From: Octopus bimaculoides
Taxonomy: Eukaryota
DNA length: 41,829 nucleotides
NCBI RefSeq assembly: GCF_001194135.2
Contig: NC_068983.1
Span: forward strand, 104,207,416-104,249,244
Direction: 5' to 3'
This document shows positions 35,056 to 41,829 of this stretch, in pieces. The notes beneath the pieces were generated by a model. The model was not told the origin of the DNA, made no database searches, and saw nothing but the letters and a program-made list of their open reading frames with translations. The number at the start of each line of letters is the position of its first letter. Position 1 is the stretch's first letter. Both the position numbers and the translations under genes were made by a program.

Positions 35056-35104
35056 TATACTTCACTGATGAGGTCTAATAAGACTGAACCATATCTGAAG
35101 TTGT
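35056..35104 (+). ncRNA. Degenerate (probably dead) hammerhead ribozyme motif
   Basis: cttca-CTGATGA-ggtc-taataa-gact-GAAC-catatc-tgaag. Core, stem II and stem I are present; GAAA and stem III are damaged. Confidence 0.4.
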
Positions 35105-35994
35105 CAATGCATTGTTAAAAATGAGACTTTCACACTGTTACATCCTATATTTAAATAATCTTAATTAAAATTTCAAGTTTATCTCCCAAGCCTCTTCTTA
35201 ACCAGAATTACTTATTCTCATTACTATGGGTGTAATTTTTAACTGATTAGAATTTCTTGGCTTACTATTCTAGTACCTACTTTATTATTGAGTTTGCTTG
35301 CAACAAGAGTCCCTAGGTAATTTTTCCACAGTTATTTTTTGAAAGGAAAAAATATGTTGAACCATTAATTTCTTGAATTTCTATACAGCTTCACTAAACG
35401 CTCTTGGGACTAAACAGCTATAGGTTCCATTCTTATTTCCCATGAAAACAAAGCAATTTCTCATAAGTCTTACTTCTCATGTTGTGTATGACACAGAGAC
35501 ATGATAGCCATCTCTTTGTGTTATGGAGAAGCAGCCGATACGCTTACATAAATTTGTAGGTTAGCATATAGTCAAAAAAAAGACTAAGTGTGTGGCTTAG
35601 GATATCAGATAGTCGTGCCTGGATTGTATCAAATAAAATGAGGTTAATGATAGTACAGCTGCTCATGCTTCACTGCTGCCATTTTGAAAGACAACTTTTG
35701 TTTGTTGATACTAACGAGTGATTGTCCACCCTGCACTCACTAAAAACCAGTAGACTATGATTTAGTTTCTTTTACAATTTTTTTTTTTTTTTTCCTACAG
35801 ACCTGCACTGGTTTTTCAGTGATTTATATGTCAGGCTTTGAACAGTCCTTTCAAATTTCTTTGAATGTTATACAGTGCATTAAGCAAGTTTATGAAACTT
35901 CTGAAAAAAATATCATGTCAATTAATTTAGTTAGCTATTTGAATGAGAAATTGCTTTCAATTACAATAAAAAATTGCTTTGTCACCCATGTCAT

Positions 35995-36265
35995 CATCAT
36001 CATCGCCATCATCATCATCATTTTCACAGCTGCTTTTCCATGCTTGCATGGGTTTGGACAGAGTTTATTGAGGCTGATTTCTACAGTCAGATGCCCTTCC
36101 TGTGACCAACACTCACCTGTTTCCAGGCAAGGTAATATTTTTCCATGGCTAGACATGTTTTCATAGAATATTGGAAATGAATGACACTAATTGCATGACA
36201 GTAATGCTCATTTACAACTATCACGCAATGTCAAAGACAAGGAGACACAAACATACACACACTTA
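35995..36265 (-). mobile_element. SINE body with RTE-type tail
   Basis: Reverse-complement homolog of 40950-41205. Confidence 0.75.
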
Positions 36266-36296
36266 CACATATATAAATTTGTATGTATATAAATAT

Positions 36297-36650
36297 ATAT
36301 TCTTTTATTCTTTTACTTGTTTCAGTCATTTGACTGCAGCCATGCTGGAGCACTGCCTTTAGTCGAGCAAATTGCCTCCAGAGCTTATTCTCGGTAAGCC
36401 TAGCACTTATTCTATTGGTCTTTTTTGCTGAACCACTAAGTTACGGGGACGTAAACACACCAGCATTGGTTGTCAAGCAATGTTGAGGGAAACAAACACA
36501 AACACACAGTTTCCGTCTACCAACTCCACTCACAAGGCTTTGATTTGTTTGAGGCTATAGCAGAAGACACTTGCCCAAGGTGTCGTGTCATGGGATTGAA
36601 GATGGAGCCACGTAGTTCAGAAACAAATGTCTTACCACATAGCCACACCT
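36297..36650 (-). mobile_element. Family A SINE
   Basis: Tail 36297-36500 and head 36510-36650. Confidence 0.85.
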
Positions 36651-36737
36651 ATAAATAAGTAAGTATATATATATATATACATATATATATACATGAATAT
36701 ATGTATTCTTCAAGGTAGTGCCCAAGCATGGCAACAG

Positions 36738-36802
<65 letters not shown>

Positions 36803-37015
36803 TACTATCGTAAATGTGAGGGTAATAAATTAAAATAATTTATTACCAGTGGTTAGCATGCATAAATAAAAGTTATAAGACATATTTTTAAAAATATAAA
36901 GAGGTGACCATTGACAGTACTCCTTACATGCTGAAAAGGCCAGTTAAACCCAAACCACGAAAAAGAGAATTCATCTCTTTATATTTATATATATATATGT
37001 ATGTATGTATATATA

Positions 37016-38645
37016 CTAGCAGAAACACCCGGCGTTGCCCAGGTTAAAGAGAATAATATTTAATAATGCTGTCTAGATCATGCAGGTCTCAACTGCTAGT
37101 AGCTGAGATACCAACTTTCTATATTAATAACTCTCCAACCCATCCCAGCATGGAACATAGACGTTAAGTGAAATGCTAAAAGAAAGTTTTCAACTCATAT
37201 ATGTATATAAAGTAAATAAACATAATTCAAAAATACGTTTTGTGTAGCTTATTTCATAACCAAAAAACAGGTACAGATTATAAACAATGAAAGGCCAACT
37301 TCAGTGATTCATTTGACAGGTACTAGAGAGCCAATCCAATAATAAATCTGACCTTGGATCTTGAAAGTCTGCATGAATCCTGACTCTCTTGTGGCTTCAA
37401 ATGATGTCATCTGTAGTGCAGTGTTGTATTGTCTAATTTTGTTTTGGAAATGCTTGGAATCTTGGTCAGTTGATGACAACAGTTTCTTCAATNNNNNNNN
37501 NNTTTTGGAAATGCTTGGAATCTTGGTCAGTTGATGACAACAGTTTCTTCAATGGCTCTAGAGGTTGGGGGATTGCAGGGAGTTTAACCTTTCCACCACT
37601 GTAGCACAGTGCAGGTGTCTCTCCAGGCCACTTTCTTGCTTTACAATATATGCACTCAGCTGTCATCACACCAATGGAAACTCTAGTGTCATCTGCATAA
37701 TGAACTACTGGATCATAGTTGAAAGCTGCTTCATAGAAGTTCTCTGAGCTGTTGCAACTGCTCTTCGCTCTGTATTGGAGATCCCATTCCTTGTCAGCCA
37801 TGCATACCTCTGTTCATCACTTTGAGATGCTCTAGCTTTTGTAGTGCACAGTCTGTTCGTTTCTTGGTATGCTTCCCTTTCTGTAACTGTCTCTCTTTCC
37901 CTGGACAGAGACATTCTTTTGGATAACCTTGACATTGTAGACAAATTTGACACTTTCCTTCTAGGCATGGTTATATATATACATACAGAAATAAACGGGT
38001 GCAAAAGATAGTAAACAATGAAAATAATTGGGTAACAGAAATTATATTTCTTAATACGATGGGCAGAAAGTAAATAAGAATTTTTTATGGAAAATAAAGA
38101 ACTGTACGGGTTGAAGCAAAATTTGTCTGTGAACCAAAGAGCCAGTATCAAAGGAACAAGAAAAAAGCCATTAACAACAGAAAAACACAAAACCATTGCA
38201 AAAGCAAATAAGACATTTTTAGGGAAATTAACTAAGGTTGACGGATTTAAGTGAAATTTTTGAAGTTACTTCTGTCAGAGATATAGACGTCACTGACGCT
38301 ATAAAACCGGAAATATTTTTTTAAACTTTCAAAGACACGAATCTAATATAAAAAGCAATATTTTCTTATGACCAATGGTTGTAAGGGAGACAATTTCTGA
38401 AAATTACTTCGCAAAGAGTTACCTCCCTTCTCCATGTAACCCAGGAAAGGGTATTTTTTGCTCCCAGGGGGCCTGTTACTCATTATGTGAACAATTTTAA
38501 GAGTCTAAAACAATCCCTGGAGCATAGGTAATGTATGTCCCCAGTGTGGAGAAAATCAGTTGAAAAATACAGCCGTTATAATCTTTTACACACACACACG
38601 CGCACACACACACACACATGCACAGAATGGGATTTATACTATAGA
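37016..38645 (-). mobile_element. Helitron deletion derivative with intact 5'-TC and 3' hairpin-CTAG termini, inserted at A|T
   Basis: Minus strand starts A|TCTATAGTATAAATCCC at 38645. It ends 'cctgggcaacgccggg-tgtttctg-CTAG|T' (hairpin 37028-37043, CTAG 37016-37019). It encodes a RepHel N-terminus. Confidence 0.85.
37309..37968 (-). pseudogene. Helitron Rep/helicase N-terminal fragment (one frameshift near 37800; also split by a gap artefact)
   Basis: AAFNYDP...VSIGVMTAECIYCKARKWPGETPALCYSGGKVKLP...PLEPLKKLL...SKHFQNKIRQYNTALQMTSF...FMQTFKIQGQIYYWIGSL matches the Helitron zinc-finger-like and 'IR.YN..F.MTSF..F..QG..YH.IGSL' motifs. Confidence 0.9.
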
Positions 38646-38649
38646 TATA

Positions 38650-38767
38650 TGAGGGTTAGCAACAAGTATAGTAAAGAATTCTGGGTAGAAGTAGGGGTTC
38701 ACCAAGGATCAGTCCTCAGCCCCCTCTTATTCATCATAGTTCTCCAAGCAATAACAGAGGAATTCAA
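38650..38767 (+). mobile_element. RTE LINE reverse-transcriptase fragment
   Basis: RVSNKYSKEFWVEVGVHQGSVLSPLLFIIVLQAITEEFKTG (GV.QG..LSP.LF motif). Confidence 0.85.
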
Positions 38768-38768
38768 G

Positions 38769-38939
38769 ACAGGCTGGACTTATTCTTTGTAAGCCTGGTG
38801 CTTATACTATTGGTCTCTTCTACTGAACTGCTAAGCTATGGGTATGTAAACACACCAACACCGGTTGTCAAGAGATAGTGGTGGGGGAAAACAGAAACTA
38901 ACACACACACACATAAATACATACACACGCACACGCGCG

Positions 38940-38972
<33 letters not shown>

Positions 38973-39140
38973 GTATATATATGACGGGCATCTTCCAGTT
39001 CCCATCTACCAAATCCACTCACAAGGCTTTGGTTAGCCCAAGGCTATAGTAGGAGACACTTGTCCAAGGTGCCAAACAGTGGGACTGAACCTGGAACCAT
39101 GTGGGAAGCAAGCTTCTTACCACACAGCCACATCTGCACC
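38769..39140 (-). mobile_element. Family A SINE
   Basis: Tail 38769-38900, (CA)n linker, head 38985-39140. Confidence 0.85.
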
Positions 39141-39329
39141 TATATATATATATATAAAACACGTATGTATACATACATGTCTAGCACAGGATAGCTCACT
39201 TAAACTTATGGGTAGAAGGGCCTGTTTGAGTTTTTTAGACAAACCCTTCTAGAGACAGTATCTCGATAAAAATACTGGTGGTTGTGACACATTATCAACA
39301 CTTTCCTCTGCACAAGGGTAATAAAAAAA

Positions 39330-40140
39330 ATGAGTTAATACAAACGATGCGTAAATGAGGACAGAAATACAGGTGATGGACTTTCACCTGGCAGGTGCCC
39401 TGTGGATGAGCAGCACATGCCTGGTCATCATTATATGGCTGCCAAAACAAAATGGACTAAGACAATGAATATAGCTGTCATGGAATGTTATTTTTTCAAT
39501 AGACCCGTTGATGATGAAAGGAAGTCCATAAGAGGATATAGAAAGAGGATGCAGGACATATGGATGGAGAAGCAGGGCTCAAATGTTACAGAACAAAGAC
39601 TCTGTGACCGGGAAAGGACAACAAGGAAGAAAGGATGACTTACAGCATTAGGGCTTGATGAGATCAAAAAGAGGGTAATAATCGAAAATGCAAGAAGTGA
39701 AGTAGATGTGGTTACAGAGAAAGTTGGCAGGACTATATTTTATGAAGGTACCCAGCAGAATTATAAGGATTTAAGCCTTGAGAGTATAGAAAGACCGAAT
39801 GAGCAAAGTGGAATGATCAAAGGCATCAGAAGTATCATTGAGGAAAACCTGGAGATGGAAATAAATGGATTCAGGAAATTAGATAGAAATTTTTTCAGAG
39901 GGTGGACCCAGAAGGTGAATAGAATACTGAAAGAAATTGAGACAGATAATATTTGAGAAATACAGACTACTGAAAGACAAAACTGCAAGAATGTGGGCAA
40001 TGAAGAGAGTAACTGTTATCCCAGTAGTTGTAGGCACACTCAGAGCACTAACAACCAGGTTTGAGAAATATGTCAGAGAAATTGGAACTAACATGTAAAG
40101 TAAATCATTGAAAATTCTCAATTTCTTAGGTAACCCCATT
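39330..40140 (+). mobile_element. Internally deleted R4/Dong-like LINE (ORF N-terminus fused to RLE C-terminus)
   Basis: N-terminus KWTKTMNIAVMECYF...GYRKRMQDIW.E...TEQRLCD...KKG*LT.L; ...KVNRILKEIETDNI joined at ~39954 to EKYRLLKDKTARMWAMKRVTVIPVVVGTLRALTTRFEKYV..IG. Confidence 0.75.
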
Positions 40141-40184
40141 CAAAATTTGCTTGTGGCAAATAATGACAAATATAAAAATGATGT

Positions 40185-40375
40185 TTCCAATTTTAGCAAA
40201 AAACCAGCAATTTTGAGGGGAGAGGTTGGTATGATTTCATAGACCTCAGTATTTGACTGGTATTGTATTTTATTGACTCTAAAAAGCTGAAAAACAAAGT
40301 TGGGTTCAGCAAGATTCGAACTCAAAACATAAAGAGACAGAACAAATACAGCATAGTATTTTTCCAACACACAAG
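40185..40375 (-). mobile_element. Degenerate family B SINE
   Basis: 'gacctcagtatttgactggtattgtattttattgactc...attcgaactcaaaacataaagagacagaac'. Confidence 0.7.
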
Positions 40376-40805
40376 AATATTAGAGTACTTTGGTAGAAAA
40401 AGTAGGGTTTGTGGTTGAACATTTTTGTTTTAGTTTGTAAATATTTGCTGATTGTATAATAACATGTCTTCTTTGTTTAGCTTACACACACCCAAGAATT
40501 TTGAAAAGATCTTCAAAAATTTTGTAAACACAAACATGTATTTAAAAAAGAAATTTGAATAACAGAAAGGAAAAAAAAGGACAACACTTAAACAAGCAAA
40601 CAGAAACATTTGTACTACAAAGAAAAATAGCACTTTAATAGGCAGTAACAAAGGCAACAAAACTTTTGGCAATGCTGTCTGCTGAATTATAATTCTCAAT
40701 ATGAAAAGCAGAAAATGTGAGACAGGTTTATTCATTCATTTAAAGTCCATTTTCCATGCTAGCATGGGTTGGATGAGATCAAAATTTGAAGCAGGATTTT
40801 ATGCT

Positions 40806-40936
40806 GCAAGTATGGCTGTGTAGTAAGAATTTTGCTTCCCAACTATATTGTTCTGGGTTCAATCCTACTGTGTAGCACCTTGGGCAAGTGTCTTCTACTA
40901 TAGCCCCTGGCTGACCAAAGCCTTGTGAGTGGATTT

Positions 40937-40973
<37 letters not shown>

Positions 40974-41205
40974 GTCATTGTGTGATAGTTGTAAATGAAT
41001 GTTTCCATCGTGCAAGCAGTGCCCTTTGTTCCCAATCTTTCTTGAAAACATGTCTGGTCATGTAATAATATTACCTTACTTGGAAACATATGAGGGTTAG
41101 TGACAGGAAGGGCATCCAGCTTTAAAAATTCTACCTCCAGAAATTCCATTCAGTTCATGTGAGCATGGAAAAAGTGGATGCTAAAACAAGAGTGATACTA
41201 TTCTG
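40806..41205 (+). mobile_element. SINE with family A head and RTE-type tail
   Basis: Head as at 9-150. After (GT)n the tail is 'ggttagtgacaggaagggcatccagc...gagcatggaaaaagtggatgctaaaac'. Confidence 0.8.
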
Positions 41206-41419
41206 ACAACCAACCCTTAACTGCTTTCCAAGTAAGGGATTTTTTTATTCTACAAGTCTTTGAAAGAGCAGATCAAGCAGTTTCAATGTCAACAAGGAAT
41301 GTAAACCTCATATCATCATTTCACTCAGGCAGTGACAAAAAAAAATTGTGGAATGTCAACATTTACATTAAATGCATATATAAATATATATTTCATAAAA
41401 AAAAAAGGGTTAAAGGAGT

Positions 41420-41757
41420 AATGACCCCTTTCAGTCATGAATGATCATGCGATTGCACGTAGGAATTTACCCTCCAAAGCACAAGTCCAGGCAAAGTTGT
41501 TTATTGAAGACCATCAGTCACCCATGCATACCAGCCTCCCCTTTTCCATACCACCAATGTTATCCAAGAGAAAGACAAAGGCTGATACAGTTTGGCACCA
41601 GTGACAGCACAACTCATTTCTACAGCTGAGTGAACTGGAGCAACATGAAATAAAGTGTCTTGCTCAAGAACACAACACACAGCCCAGTCCGGGAATCAAA
41701 CTAACTATCTCATGATTGTGAGCCTGACACTCTAAACACTGAGCCATGCACCTTCAT
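41420..41757 (-). mobile_element. Family C (CORE/V-like) SINE
   Basis: Head 'tgaaggtgcatggctcagtgttt' plus the central domain 'cttgagcaagacactttatttcatgttgctccagttcactcagctgtagaaatgagtt'. Confidence 0.85.
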
Positions 41758-41773
41758 ATATATATATATATAT

Positions 41774-41829
<56 letters not shown>

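Larger units (their letters stand above)
1090..37502. other. Assembly gaps at 1090-1220, 2139-2148, 8749-9094, 23448-23584, 27274-27507, 32699-32772 and 37493-37502
   Basis: N runs, mostly adjacent to microsatellites or inverted repeats. Confidence 0.95.

Noticed and set aside
36820-36990. 11-bp AT-rich hairpin (ggtaataaatt/aatttattacc) and a CTGAAAA...GAAA spacing
   Set aside because: The core is non-canonical and the stems do not pair; probably a repeat remnant, not supportable as a ribozyme.
37443-37552. 50-bp direct repeat splitting the Helitron ORF
   Set aside because: It flanks a 10-N gap and is an assembly overlap; the two ORFs are probably one frame.

Overview
This is eukaryotic, AT-rich, microsatellite-dense draft-assembly sequence with 7 N-gaps. 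The repeat families look like those of an octopus (coleoid cephalopod) genome; I recognised them from memory, not by database search. No intact protein-coding gene is supported, and the window reads as intronic or intergenic. It contains about 30 tRNA-derived SINE copies or fragments of several modular families, RTE, R4/Dong-like and CR1/L2-like LINE fossils, a mariner deletion derivative, two mariner MITEs, a MER1/Charlie-like hAT element with TSD, a probable piggyBac MITE, a Helitron deletion derivative with both termini intact, and two decayed tRNA genes. The most interesting observations are: (i) a foldable type I hammerhead ribozyme at 2331-2406 inside an inverted-repeat element resembling a Penelope pLTR or retrozyme, with three weaker hammerhead-like motifs elsewhere; (ii) a cluster of four fold-back structures in 843-2734, including a perfect 60-bp inverted duplication of a SINE tail around a microsatellite; (iii) a circularly permuted tRNA-Thr gene unit flanked by a 12-bp direct repeat; and (iv) an internally deleted R4/Dong LINE. 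Two GC-richer unique blocks are weak candidate exons. SINE and LINE boundaries are approximate (about 10-30 nt).
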